A stretch of DNA of 64,000 bases from a virus, in the IMG/VR virus record IMGVR_UViG_3300030422_000020. The stretch is one strand, 5' to 3'. A model generated the notes under the pieces. That model was not told where the DNA came from. It made no database searches and worked only from the letters and a program-made list of their open reading frames with translations. Shown here one piece after another: positions 19,711 to 29,070 of the stretch. The position numbers and the translations under genes are program-made. Every line of letters begins with the position of its first letter. Position 1 is the first letter of the stretch.

Positions 19711-19834
19711 AAACTATATCGTCCATTACGCCATTCTCATCATGTAGCACAACGCAATCAAGCTCATCGTTGATTGCAAGATACTCCATATCAACATCAA
19801 ACTCTACCATATCAACCACCTTAAAACAATAATT

Positions 19835-20146
19835 TTATATATCAGAACGCTTAAGCACGTATCGATTACCCTCTTCTACCACCCAATTAGTATCGAGAAT
19901 AGCCATATTATCACGATATTTAATCTTAACTTCTGACCCGTAACAAAGAACTGGGAAGTAGCTAAGCGGCGTGTTCAACAAAATGGCAAATGATTTATCC
20001 ATATTGTCATCTTGATATGCCCATACGTTTTCTGTTATACCATCTCTGCACTCGATTGAAACTCTAATTGTTCCACTATCAAACTCCTCTTTTTTAAGAG
20101 ACTTCAAGAACTCATATTTATTGCAAATCATCTTGTTGACCTTCAT
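19835..20146 (-). CDS. hypothetical protein (103 aa)
   Basis: ORF in a tightly packed co-directional array. Confidence 0.35.
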   Translation of the reverse strand: MKVNKMICNKYEFLKSLKKEEFDSGTIRVSIECRDGITENVWAYQDDNMDKSFAILLNTPLSYFPVLCYGSEVKIKYRDNMAILDTNWVVEEGNRYVLKRSDI

Positions 20147-20441
20147 ACTTTGCTTTTAGCCTAGCAAGCTCTGCAAGCTCCTTGTTTCTGAATTCTTCTT
20201 CCTCTTTTCTTTGCTTTGTCCTCTCAGCTTCATCAAGTTCTTTATTGAGCGCGTCATAATCAGTATTATCAAGCTCGTATTTTTCTAGGCTATACGCATC
20301 ACACATATACTCATAGTCGCTTGGCTGTGTTCTCATATGGTATTCCATACACTTCTCTGCGTCTTCTTCATTTGTAAAATAGCCAACGCTAAACTCACTA
20401 TCGTAATCACCAAAACGAACAATATAAATAGACATAATCAA
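20118..20441 (-). CDS. hypothetical protein with charged coiled-coil C-terminus (107 aa)
   Basis: ORF in the array; ..KQRKEEEEFRNKELAELARLKAKYEG. Confidence 0.35.
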   Translation of the reverse strand: MIMSIYIVRFGDYDSEFSVGYFTNEEDAEKCMEYHMRTQPSDYEYMCDAYSLEKYELDNTDYDALNKELDEAERTKQRKEEEEFRNKELAELARLKAKYEGQQDDLQ

Positions 20442-20447
20442 CCTTAT

Positions 20448-20687
20448 CTATTCAAGAAATATTACCACATTATTATCTTTAGTGCTAGTGCAGCCAATAT
20501 AATCTATGTATTGCATATCATATTCACCATATGGATGGTCGTATGTTGAAGCGGATATAGGCACACGCACAACAACATCGAGGTTTGGATATTTCAATAA
20601 CTCTTCTGCAAGCTCTTTCGACTTCATTATAACGCATTCTTTCTTTAAAACAGGTTGTAGAACAGGGCTGGTAGAGTTCTCTTCCAC
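20448..20687 (-). CDS. hypothetical protein (79 aa)
   Basis: ORF in the array. Confidence 0.3.
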   Translation of the reverse strand: MEENSTSPVLQPVLKKECVIMKSKELAEELLKYPNLDVVVRVPISASTYDHPYGEYDMQYIDYIGCTSTKDNNVVIFLE

Positions 20688-20853
20688 TTGCCGTTCTTAT
20701 ACTCATACCCATTCATATAAATCTTATCACCGATAATACTAACCGATGAACGCTTTGAGTTTGATGGGCATGTGGGAAGTTTTTTGCAATCGATGTATAC
20801 CTCGCCACCATCTTGAACGATACAATGCTCTGTGTTCATTAAACTAACACCAC

Positions 20854-21138
20854 CTATACTCTAAAGAAACCAAGCCAACAACGGCATCGTGTTCCCTCTT
20901 TAATAGTGCCACCATCAATCATCTCTTGGCTTACCATGTATCCCTCTTCGATACCGTCAATAGCCCAAGGATTAGTCTCATATACATAAACCACTTGACA
21001 ATAGAACCACTCAGAAGGATTCTTAGGCTTTCTAATCTTCTGTGTCTCTGTGTCTACGATGTAGATATCATTATTCTTAATGTCTTCACCAGCTATGTAA
21101 TCCTTTATGACTCCACCATGAGTAAGAATTGGCGGCAT
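20854..21138 (-). CDS. hypothetical protein (94 aa)
   Basis: ORF in the array. Confidence 0.35.
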   Translation of the reverse strand: MPPILTHGGVIKDYIAGEDIKNNDIYIVDTETQKIRKPKNPSEWFYCQVVYVYETNPWAIDGIEEGYMVSQEMIDGGTIKEGTRCRCWLGFFRV

Positions 21139-21153
21139 TTTATCTCCTTAAAA

Positions 21154-21351
21154 TCAAAAACGCTGTCGCAGATTTAATACAATTGTCTTTGTCTTATCGT
21201 CTGCATATCCATCTACAGGACAGAAGTGCAATGACTCTGGATGACCCAAATCATGACTACAATTGTCATAAAAATCATAATCCCAAATAAAGCTTGTGAT
21301 TTCGTAATCTGGGTATCCTATCATTAAGTTCATTAAATCTCTAGCAGTCAT
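21154..21351 (-). CDS. hypothetical protein (65 aa)
   Basis: ORF in the array, abutting the upstream gene. Confidence 0.3.
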   Translation of the reverse strand: MTARDLMNLMIGYPDYEITSFIWDYDFYDNCSHDLGHPESLHFCPVDGYADDKTKTIVLNLRQRF

Positions 21352-21959
21352 TACATTTTCTTTCTAAAGACTCTAAATTCAATTTCGTACTCTCGACCAG
21401 CTTTGCCCTTGTTAATAGCTTCGCCCTTAAACTTTAGCACGCCCTTGTCTTCACCAACATAAGTCACACGCTCTTGCATATCGGGATTTGGATATTGGTG
21501 CAGCACTTCTCCGTACTCGCTATTAAGGTCATGCCCCTTCTCATGGAACACAAAGTAAGAAGCGTCTTCGACACTCTTAAAATAAGACGTTTTCAGCTCA
21601 TCCTTTTTATATTCGCCGATAACATCAACGACATAGACATACTTCTCAAAGCTCTTGACAGTATCAACCATCTTGTTATCAATATAAAATGCAAGCTCTG
21701 TCTCTGGGTCTACGATACCGTTTTTCGTATCGTATTCAGGTGATGATAGCTCAACGTAGATGTTTGTGTTAGCTTGCGACAGCCACATTCTACCGCCATG
21801 ACACAAACACATCTCCCACGTAATAGACACTGGCAGACAACCAGCCTTGACTACGACCTTATAGGAGGATGCTTCCATAACAATAAATCCAGCTTCTTCT
21901 GCTTTCATTGCTATAGCCAACATGACTTTATCTTTTTTAACTAAATCAAGAGTAGTCAT
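21351..21959 (-). CDS. hypothetical protein (202 aa)
   Basis: ORF in the array. Confidence 0.4.
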   Translation of the reverse strand: MTTLDLVKKDKVMLAIAMKAEEAGFIVMEASSYKVVVKAGCLPVSITWEMCLCHGGRMWLSQANTNIYVELSSPEYDTKNGIVDPETELAFYIDNKMVDTVKSFEKYVYVVDVIGEYKKDELKTSYFKSVEDASYFVFHEKGHDLNSEYGEVLHQYPNPDMQERVTYVGEDKGVLKFKGEAINKGKAGREYEIEFRVFRKKM

Positions 21960-21968
21960 TATAATTCC

Positions 21969-22352
21969 TTAATCCTCGTCTGGAAGATACACGTCAATCG
22001 TATATCCAGTACCATAATAACCATTGCCATCCGTACCATATACATTAAGCAACTCTGTTGTCATGCCGTCTGCGATAACGAAAATCTTATAGTGTTCATA
22101 ATAACAATCATCCTCGAACTCTTCAACGAATTCAACGTTTGTAATTGCATTATTTACAGATGCAATATGCTCCAAATAATAATTACCAGACTCACAGCCG
22201 CCGCACCCGATGTTTGGATTAATCTGAAGCACTACGCCGTTATCGAGAACAAGATTGTCATAATCATCTACTGTAACTTTATGACCAAGCAGCAGCTCTT
22301 CAATTTCTTTCTCGTTGCATTCGCAAAGTGTTCTATCTTTATACATTGTCAC
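21969..22352 (-). CDS. small Cys-rich protein, paralog family member 1 (127 aa)
   Basis: N-terminus MTMYKDRTLCECNEKE is shared with ORF 22339-22578 (MDMSKDKTLCECNKKE). Confidence 0.4.
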   Translation of the reverse strand: MTMYKDRTLCECNEKEIEELLLGHKVTVDDYDNLVLDNGVVLQINPNIGCGGCESGNYYLEHIASVNNAITNVEFVEEFEDDCYYEHYKIFVIADGMTTELLNVYGTDGNGYYGTGYTIDVYLPDED

Positions 22353-22578
22353 TCCTTAAGGCGCTCAAATCCATGCCTAAAATCTTGCCAACCTCAAATG
22401 CCGCCATACAGGTTGCACATTTATACCCTTTACTAAAGCCGTCAATCGAGTTATCGCCTAGGCATCCACTACCGCATTCTTTTCCATAACGTCCTTTTAC
22501 CCAGTTTTCAAGATGTTTAATAACATCAGACTCTTTCTTATTGCATTCGCAAAGCGTTTTATCTTTAGACATATCCAT
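22339..22578 (-). CDS. small Cys-rich protein, paralog family member 2 (79 aa)
   Basis: Shares its N-terminus with 21969-22352 and its C-terminus (CATCMAAFEVGKILGMD) with 22984-23166 (CGTSLAAFEIGKILGMD). Confidence 0.4.
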   Translation of the reverse strand: MDMSKDKTLCECNKKESDVIKHLENWVKGRYGKECGSGCLGDNSIDGFSKGYKCATCMAAFEVGKILGMDLSALRSDNV

Positions 22579-22601
22579 TCCTTAAAACAGATTTTTATTA
22601 T

Positions 22602-22964
22602 CTAATCGCAGCTAATAGTTAAATTCCTTTTAGGCAAGGAATAATATGCTTCAATATCAACATATGGACTACAAGTACAAGCTACGACATTGCTATTAAA
22701 ATAATTATTTAGAGCCTTTTTAAGAATTCCATCAAGTGTAACCTCATCAACAAGAATATTGTCGTATTGTATTTTGCCAGTTACAATATCAGAAATTAAA
22801 ACTGGCTCTGGAATCTTGCATCCAAGTTTTGTAGCCGTACTTTTTATATTGTCAATCATTGTTTTATAAGCAACAACAATAGGATAACCAGTTGCTTCGC
22901 TAATATGAATTAATTGGGTTGTTTTACCCATGCCACGGTCTTTAATAATAAGTTTCATAATCAA
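22602..22964 (-). CDS. small P-loop NTPase (120 aa)
   Basis: Walker A DRGMGKTTQL near the N-terminus. Confidence 0.4.
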   Translation of the reverse strand: MIMKLIIKDRGMGKTTQLIHISEATGYPIVVAYKTMIDNIKSTATKLGCKIPEPVLISDIVTGKIQYDNILVDEVTLDGILKKALNNYFNSNVVACTCSPYVDIEAYYSLPKRNLTISCD

Positions 22965-22983
22965 TCCTTAAAATGTGTACTTA

Positions 22984-23166
22984 TTATTCGATGTCCATAC
23001 CTAGAATTTTACCAATCTCAAATGCTGCGAGACTTGTGCCACATTCGAACCCGTCTTCAAAACAATCATATGAGTTACCTTCTGAACGCTCATAAGTCCA
23101 CTCGCAGGCAGGTGCATTATAATTCTCTTTTACCCAGCTTTCAAGCTCCCAAATAACTTCTGGCAT
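22984..23166 (-). CDS. small Cys-rich protein, paralog family member 3 (60 aa)
   Basis: Shares ENWVK/ESWVK and AAFE(V/I)GKILGMD with 22339-22578. Confidence 0.35.
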   Translation of the reverse strand: MPEVIWELESWVKENYNAPACEWTYERSEGNSYDCFEDGFECGTSLAAFEIGKILGMDIE

Positions 23167-23199
23167 AATAGCTCCTTAGAATAAATATTTTAAAACTTA

Positions 23200-24288
23200 T
23201 TATTTATCAAAGTATAAAAACTTAGGACTGAATGGCGAACTTGTTCTGTCAAATCGTTTGTCGTAAAACTCTTGAACCGTAGTACATCCTTCTTGTCTAT
23301 TCGATGTGAATAGATTGTTACATTTGCAATCCGCACAGCCAGAACAGGCAAGAGCATTATCAAGTTGCTCTTTTGTATAATCAACGCCATAACGCATAAG
23401 CATCGTAGTATTGTTAAAGTCAGTATACTTCTTTACAAGCTTATCGCCACAGCAACACTCATTGGTTCCAAGATAATGCAAATCGTTGTCGGCAATACTA
23501 TATGGAATATTATTCTTCTCAAAGTATTCAATGAACGGTTTATACATTTCCAATCTAATCTCTGAACGAAGATTAAGTAGTCCCATCTGTTTGAATTCTG
23601 ACTTGTCTAGCCCAAGAGCATCAAGAAGAAATTCTTTATGCTCTTTATTTTGTGGAACAAGCTTCAATCCTTCGAGTGTAAATTGGTCTGCGTCCTTAAA
23701 CATTTCTACGACTTCTAATGTAGTAACATTCGGAACAAATGGCTGGATTCTAATACCAACCCTAAACCCATTATTCTTTAAGTCTCTATAGAATTTATAT
23801 CTCTTTTTAATATCAGGAACAGCAGGCTCAAGAAGTTTGTTCGAGTTCACATTCGTAACAGACAATTGAAACGTGTGCAAGTCTGGATTTAAATTTGCAC
23901 CATATGTTGTATCGCTTTTCGTGCTGAAAAGAATAGAAATGTTGTACTTATTACAAATATCAATCATCTGTTCTGTAATACGATACTTTTTTTCTACTGG
24001 TTGAAAAGGGTCTGACATGCCACCGCAATGCCATGTAGTACCATTTACGATAAGAGTCTCAAGAAAATTATTCTCCTTCACTTTATTCAAATCAAAGATT
24101 CTGTGTAACCTTTTTTCTAGAGAACTCAAATTAGCAACCTGTAAACTCTTTTCAAATTCACATATAACTCTGCTGTTTGAAAAACAATACTTACAACCAA
24201 AACTACAATTCTTATATGTATCAACTCGAATTGGCAAACCACAAATTGCAAACTTACTACTAACATTCAACGGGTTAAATGTTTTCAT
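23200..24288 (-). CDS. radical SAM protein, spore-photoproduct-lyase-like (COG1533-type N-terminal motif)
   Basis: NCSFGCKYCF (CxxxCxxC) at residue ~28, followed by further Cys clusters (CCCGDK, CSGCADCKC). Confidence 0.5.
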   Translation of the reverse strand: MKTFNPLNVSSKFAICGLPIRVDTYKNCSFGCKYCFSNSRVICEFEKSLQVANLSSLEKRLHRIFDLNKVKENNFLETLIVNGTTWHCGGMSDPFQPVEKKYRITEQMIDICNKYNISILFSTKSDTTYGANLNPDLHTFQLSVTNVNSNKLLEPAVPDIKKRYKFYRDLKNNGFRVGIRIQPFVPNVTTLEVVEMFKDADQFTLEGLKLVPQNKEHKEFLLDALGLDKSEFKQMGLLNLRSEIRLEMYKPFIEYFEKNNIPYSIADNDLHYLGTNECCCGDKLVKKYTDFNNTTMLMRYGVDYTKEQLDNALACSGCADCKCNNLFTSNRQEGCTTVQEFYDKRFDRTSSPFSPKFLYFDK

Positions 24289-24304
24289 TTGACTACAACC
24301 CCCA

Positions 24305-25510
24305 TTAGATATTATCTAGCCAAGACAAATCTACTTCATCAGTATTATTATTGCATATATCCTGACTAGTTACAACATCATTTTTAGAATCCCCGAGAAG
24401 ACCGCCGAACATATCTGCGCCATTCTTCTGTGCTTCTAGCTTATCTAGGTATTCCTTGTATGGCTTATGTAGGTTTGCAGAGTATCCCATTAATGTCGAG
24501 AAGTAATACGACTGCGCTTTAACATCTTCCTCAGAATCCCAAAACGCGGCATCGCTCTTAGTCTCTTCGTAGTCCTTCTCACGCATATTGATATCTTGAA
24601 TGGTAGATACAATCGTATCAGTCCACTTATCAATTAGCTCCTGTGTAAACGGAATGAATACATGGCAATCTGTAATCACATACTTATTGCGTACATCATC
24701 TGGTAACACGTCAAGACTATTGGTATCAATGAGGAGCTTCAGATAATCTTCAATCTCATCATCTGAATACCCGTCAGCTTTAAGCCACATCTTAACATTT
24801 GTCTTGAGACTATCGCCAAGCTTATAGCGCTCAACCTGTCGCTCTTTTACTGCGCCGTTCTTCTGATGATACTGTACGTTACAATACTTCAAGAAGTTAA
24901 AGCAAATCTTTACCTTATCAAGTGGAATACCAGCTTGCACTAAACCCAATCCGTATATGGTTAGCTGCCCTGAATGCTCTTCAAGCGTCTTACCCTTGTA
25001 CATAGAACTGGTCTTAAAGTCTATAATGTTATAACAACCATCATCGTCCTTGAACAATGCATCGATATAGCCGACAAATACATTATCGCCAACCTGTGCA
25101 ATTACAGGCTTCTCGATAAGCAGTTTATGCTCATACTTAATATGGTTTTTAAAGAAGATTTGCAGGTCTTCCTTATACTTAGCCTTGATACTGGCATCAT
25201 GCTCTTCATCATTACGGTCAAGCTTAAGGTCTGCAATATCAATAGCAGTAAGCCAACCGTCCTCGAACTGATTAATCATATCTTCATATGAAATCTGCCC
25301 CTCATAGAATGCGTCTAGAGTGTCGTGAGCGATGGAGCCAAGGGAAGTATAACCACAGTCTGTTCTGTCCTCTTTTACATGCTTAACATACTTAAGGTAA
25401 TACTCATAATGTGAAGTCATAAAAGTATTTACACGACTCCATGAAAAGATACGTGATACGCCGTACTTCTTTTTGATTTTATCAAGTTCTTCTTTTGATA
25501 AGCGTGCCAT
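24305..25510 (-). CDS. PD-(D/E)XK family nuclease (Cas4/RecB-like fold)
   Basis: GYIDALFKDDDGCYNIIDFKTS matches the motif II/III D...(D/E)xK arrangement. N-terminus SWSRVNTFMTSHYEYYLKY. Acidic C-terminus ..EVDLSWLDNI. Confidence 0.5.
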   Translation of the reverse strand: MARLSKEELDKIKKKYGVSRIFSWSRVNTFMTSHYEYYLKYVKHVKEDRTDCGYTSLGSIAHDTLDAFYEGQISYEDMINQFEDGWLTAIDIADLKLDRNDEEHDASIKAKYKEDLQIFFKNHIKYEHKLLIEKPVIAQVGDNVFVGYIDALFKDDDGCYNIIDFKTSSMYKGKTLEEHSGQLTIYGLGLVQAGIPLDKVKICFNFLKYCNVQYHQKNGAVKERQVERYKLGDSLKTNVKMWLKADGYSDDEIEDYLKLLIDTNSLDVLPDDVRNKYVITDCHVFIPFTQELIDKWTDTIVSTIQDINMREKDYEETKSDAAFWDSEEDVKAQSYYFSTLMGYSANLHKPYKEYLDKLEAQKNGADMFGGLLGDSKNDVVTSQDICNNNTDEVDLSWLDNI

Positions 25511-25731
25511 TAATACAACTCCTTTGTGATGTATTCAAACGGATAATTATTCTCTAGGCAAAACTTCTTAGCCTGTTTACGTTTGTTGAAATAATATTTC
25601 TTTTCTGGAACATAGGCTTGTGTTTCTTTTGGCTCAATGCCTAAGCACATGCCATACTTTTTTGTACTAAAAGAAATCTCTTTCTTTGTATGTTCTGGAA
25701 TCGTCACGACATAAAATGTATCTAGTTCCAT
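25510..25731 (-). CDS. hypothetical protein (73 aa)
   Basis: ORF in the array. Start codon overlaps the stop of the upstream gene. Confidence 0.35.
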   Translation of the reverse strand: MELDTFYVVTIPEHTKKEISFSTKKYGMCLGIEPKETQAYVPEKKYYFNKRKQAKKFCLENNYPFEYITKELY

Positions 25732-25925
25732 ACCGTCTCCCTATAAAGAAATAGCTGCTTAATACGCAGCTATTATTATATCACAATTATTCTTTTATAC
25801 TTCCAATATTTTTGTTACTTCCAATTGCTATTTGGAAGTAACATTTTTATTGGAATTGACCAAACTTTTAAAATCACGATTTTAAAGCTTTTTTCGTCAA
25901 CAAAACCGCAGGTCAGAGCGTTGTT

Positions 25926-26195
25926 TTATCGCACTTTCTTGTCAATTTCGTGCCATGCCGCAATATATCGGCCATCTGGCTCATTATACTGGATAGACTC
26001 GCTAAACTTATAAAGATATGCGTTAGTCGGGCTACCCATAGACACATATGCCGCTTCATTCCAGACTACACGGTCAACGAAATCAAGCGCATCCTCGGCA
26101 TGTGTGAAATAATATACTCGCTGCTCCTGCTCATACCAAGGAGTATCCTCGTCCTCGTCTGTCCACCAATCAAATACAACTTTATATATAGCCAT
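25926..26195 (-). CDS. hypothetical protein (89 aa)
   Basis: ORF in the array. Confidence 0.35.
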   Translation of the reverse strand: MAIYKVVFDWWTDEDEDTPWYEQEQRVYYFTHAEDALDFVDRVVWNEAAYVSMGSPTNAYLYKFSESIQYNEPDGRYIAAWHEIDKKVR

Positions 26196-26207
26196 ATCAA
26201 TTCCTTT

Positions 26208-26462
26208 CTATGAATCCTCTAACATCTTCAATGCGTTTGGCATCTCGGCAATGGTGTCTTCAATCACATTGCCAACCAAGCCTTCAAGCTTATTGTCAAC
26301 CATGTCCTTAAGCTTAAACTTAAACTTCTTCATCCAATAATTTTCAATTGCAGCTACGATTTGACTATACATAGTCCACTCTGGCTCATCGCAGCCTTCC
26401 ATGTGGTCAAGCGCCCAAGTGTAAATATCTTCAATGTCCTTTTCGCAACCAAGCTCCATCAT
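26208..26462 (-). CDS. hypothetical protein (84 aa)
   Basis: ORF in the array. Confidence 0.35.
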   Translation of the reverse strand: MMELGCEKDIEDIYTWALDHMEGCDEPEWTMYSQIVAAIENYWMKKFKFKLKDMVDNKLEGLVGNVIEDTIAEMPNALKMLEDS

Positions 26463-26465
26463 ATT

Positions 26466-26738
26466 CTACACCTCTTTCTTTAACCACTTACGGAACTCGC
26501 CTGAACAATCATCACATAAGTCAAGTCTATCTTCTATACTATCCCATAGGCAAAACCTATCAAACAATATACATGTATGATGATAAAACCTTTTACCTAC
26601 ATTGTATGGTACTTCCTTGCCACACCTATCGCAGATTATAGTGCTTTTCTTACTCATCATAACCATCTTCTTCATACCATTTATCCAAAACATCATTATG
26701 CTCTTCTGACATGAATGAATAAAAGGTACATGAATCAA
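26466..26738 (-). CDS. zinc-ribbon protein (probable start at the internal MMSKK, ~26660)
   Basis: CDRCGK...CDDCSGEF. Similar CxxCGK ribbon to the next ORF. Confidence 0.35.
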   Translation of the reverse strand: MIHVPFIHSCQKSIMMFWINGMKKMVMMSKKSTIICDRCGKEVPYNVGKRFYHHTCILFDRFCLWDSIEDRLDLCDDCSGEFRKWLKKEV

Positions 26739-26943
26739 GTCCGTCTAGGTCGTTATCAAAACCTATGCTCCACAGCTCATCGACATACGGTTTGCATCTA
26801 TCGCACTGATGAAACGTATACATCTCATTATAACAGACTAGATTCTGAGCTTCGTACTCTTCACCGATTTCAATCTTCTTGCCGCACATATCACACTTAT
26901 GCGGCTTGCGAGCCTTCACGCGGTCAATGCTTACAATTTCCAT
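26650..26943 (-). CDS. zinc-ribbon protein (97 aa)
   Basis: CDMCGKK...CDRCKPY. Confidence 0.35.
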   Translation of the reverse strand: MEIVSIDRVKARKPHKCDMCGKKIEIGEEYEAQNLVCYNEMYTFHQCDRCKPYVDELWSIGFDNDLDGLDSCTFYSFMSEEHNDVLDKWYEEDGYDE

Positions 26944-26959
26944 TATCGCACCGCTCTAT

Positions 26960-27169
26960 TTATTGCATATATTTCTTTCGGCACTCTATGATATCGTGCA
27001 TTTCTTTGTGCATTTTTCGAAACATACGCAGCTCATCGTCTCGAAACCCACCGTATGATGAAGCGTCTGAGATATCCATAAATTCATCTACAATGCCCAT
27101 CATATAATATGTCATTTCCATAAACTGCTGAATATCATCTTTAATATAACTACCAGTCATATACAACAT
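26960..27169 (-). CDS. hypothetical protein (69 aa)
   Basis: ORF in the array. Confidence 0.3.
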   Translation of the reverse strand: MLYMTGSYIKDDIQQFMEMTYYMMGIVDEFMDISDASSYGGFRDDELRMFRKMHKEMHDIIECRKKYMQ

Positions 27170-27171
27170 CC

Positions 27172-27477
27172 TTAATATAGTTCAAAAGAAGCACACGCAT
27201 CGTCTTCGCCACTAAAATAATCACAGCATTCAATGCAATATCCCATGTCGGTTGCACAGATATCATCTGGAATCTTTGCGAACATCGAACACTGCTTACA
27301 CTTCTTGTCGATGTAACCTTCATCGCTATTCCACGGTGCGTAGGGATCTTGTTCCCAAGTGTAGTCTGGATAGTTACTCATACTTATAATCCATTTCATT
27401 CCAATGATAGTAGTCAGCAAGGAAGTCATACAAATCATCAACGGTCTTGATGACATAGTGTTTAGCTTCATTACCAT
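27172..27477 (-). CDS. hypothetical Cys-rich protein (101 aa)
   Basis: ORF in the array. Confidence 0.3.
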   Translation of the reverse strand: MVMKLNTMSSRPLMICMTSLLTTIIGMKWIISMSNYPDYTWEQDPYAPWNSDEGYIDKKCKQCSMFAKIPDDICATDMGYCIECCDYFSGEDDACASFELY

Positions 27478-27685
27478 ACTCGCCGAAACTTACAGTGTTG
27501 TTCACTTCACCGTATCGAGTCGTATTGATATACCATGCAATCCACTCATATTTGTCGCCAACAGAATCAATAAGTGTTTGGATTAGCGAGTTCTTAACGT
27601 AGCACTTATGACCATACTGATGATAGAAGTTCTCAACTTCTTTAATTGAATTCACTGCGGAAACAAAATCTTTTTTCGTAATCAT
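27374..27685 (-). CDS. hypothetical protein (103 aa)
   Basis: ORF in the array. Confidence 0.35.
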   Translation of the reverse strand: MITKKDFVSAVNSIKEVENFYHQYGHKCYVKNSLIQTLIDSVGDKYEWIAWYINTTRYGEVNNTVSFGEYGNEAKHYVIKTVDDLYDFLADYYHWNEMDYKYE

Positions 27686-27903
27686 TTCTGCCCCTTATTA
27701 TCTGGATACAGCTTAAAGAATTCTACATGTGAGCCAACATCATATACCGTAGCACCATCATCGTCTTGCCAAACACGAGTATAATAAATGTGAAAGTCTC
27801 GTTCTCTACAGAATTTTTTAATTTCAGAATATGCATCGTCAGCCGTTGCAACATCTGCAATAGTTCGCTCATGCCCTCGGCTATTCTGAAATACGAGTTT
27901 CAT
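27682..27903 (-). CDS. hypothetical protein (73 aa)
   Basis: ORF in the array. Confidence 0.3.
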   Translation of the reverse strand: MKLVFQNSRGHERTIADVATADDAYSEIKKFCRERDFHIYYTRVWQDDDGATVYDVGSHVEFFKLYPDNKGQK

Positions 27904-27911
27904 TGTTTACC

Positions 27912-28988
27912 TCATTTCTTCTTAAGACCGTTTAAATACTTTTGATGTTCCGACTCATCATACTTAACTCGATGTTTAATAAGAAAATTATACACCTTAT
28001 TTTCCGCATCAGCGGGAGCATCTTTATCACCGAGTAAATTCCATCGATCCTTCACATATGATACATTTCTAATATGATAGAACTGCTCACATATGTGACG
28101 TACTTCTTCTATTGGAACATCATTATCAAGAGCAATAATAACTTCGTTTACATTCAGTCCAATGATAATACGTCTTTGCTCATCACTTAGCTTCTTACCT
28201 TGAAGTGCAACACAAGTACCATCATTACGCGAATATCTTTTAAGAACAGACTTTTCAGACTCGCAAATAACTACAGTTTTCTTATCCTCAATCTCTTCTC
28301 TGTTCTCCCAAAGGCCATAAAGATTAAGACTTTTTCTATATGAAGCAGTTAGAAAGTATTTACGAATTCCTAGTTCTTCATAATTCTCAACCGTAGTTCT
28401 TTGATTAAAGCCAACAAGCGTACCATCAAGCCAATATCTAATAGGAATAACTACGCGATGATATTTATATGAATAGGCTAGTCCAAACTTTTTAGCAGCC
28501 CAAGGCATGACACCTTCTCGCAACCAATCAATATAAAGCAAAGGAACATAATCGTTAATAGCTTCTTCTTTAATAGCCTGTATCTCCGCTACGTCTACTA
28601 TTGCCCTGTGTCTACTGATGACGTTCTTAAAGATAGCAAGAGGGTCTAACTTTTCTTTTTTTTCTTCTTTCTTATATGGCGTTAATTCAAGTCCGAGAAT
28701 ATTGTGAAGATATTTAACAGCGTCTACAAATGAACACTTCTTATTATATTGAACAAGAGAGATAATATCAGACACATCATTAAACTCACTCTCACGAGTC
28801 CAATTATGGATAAGAAGATACTTGGTATTATAGACATTAACAGCACCAGTATTATCGCCATTGTAATTAGTTGCTGAATAAAAATTTTTAGAGGAGTGAT
28901 ATTTAATTGACTTACAACCAATCTTATCTAGAACAAATTCAACTTTATTATTATTGAAGATATATTCTTTCAGAGAAGTTGTATCCAT
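27912..28988 (-). CDS. DNA primase (TOPRIM domain)
   Basis: VVICESEKSV (TOPRIM Glu) and IIALDNDVPIEE (DxD). It sits directly upstream of the DnaB-like helicase. Confidence 0.55.
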   Translation of the reverse strand: MDTTSLKEYIFNNNKVEFVLDKIGCKSIKYHSSKNFYSATNYNGDNTGAVNVYNTKYLLIHNWTRESEFNDVSDIISLVQYNKKCSFVDAVKYLHNILGLELTPYKKEEKKEKLDPLAIFKNVISRHRAIVDVAEIQAIKEEAINDYVPLLYIDWLREGVMPWAAKKFGLAYSYKYHRVVIPIRYWLDGTLVGFNQRTTVENYEELGIRKYFLTASYRKSLNLYGLWENREEIEDKKTVVICESEKSVLKRYSRNDGTCVALQGKKLSDEQRRIIIGLNVNEVIIALDNDVPIEEVRHICEQFYHIRNVSYVKDRWNLLGDKDAPADAENKVYNFLIKHRVKYDESEHQKYLNGLKKK

Positions 28989-29070
28989 CTAAATATCACT
29001 CCTTTCGCGCTTAGTCACTTATTAAAGTATAGCACAATCGCATATAACATTAATAGCAAAATTAAAAAAA

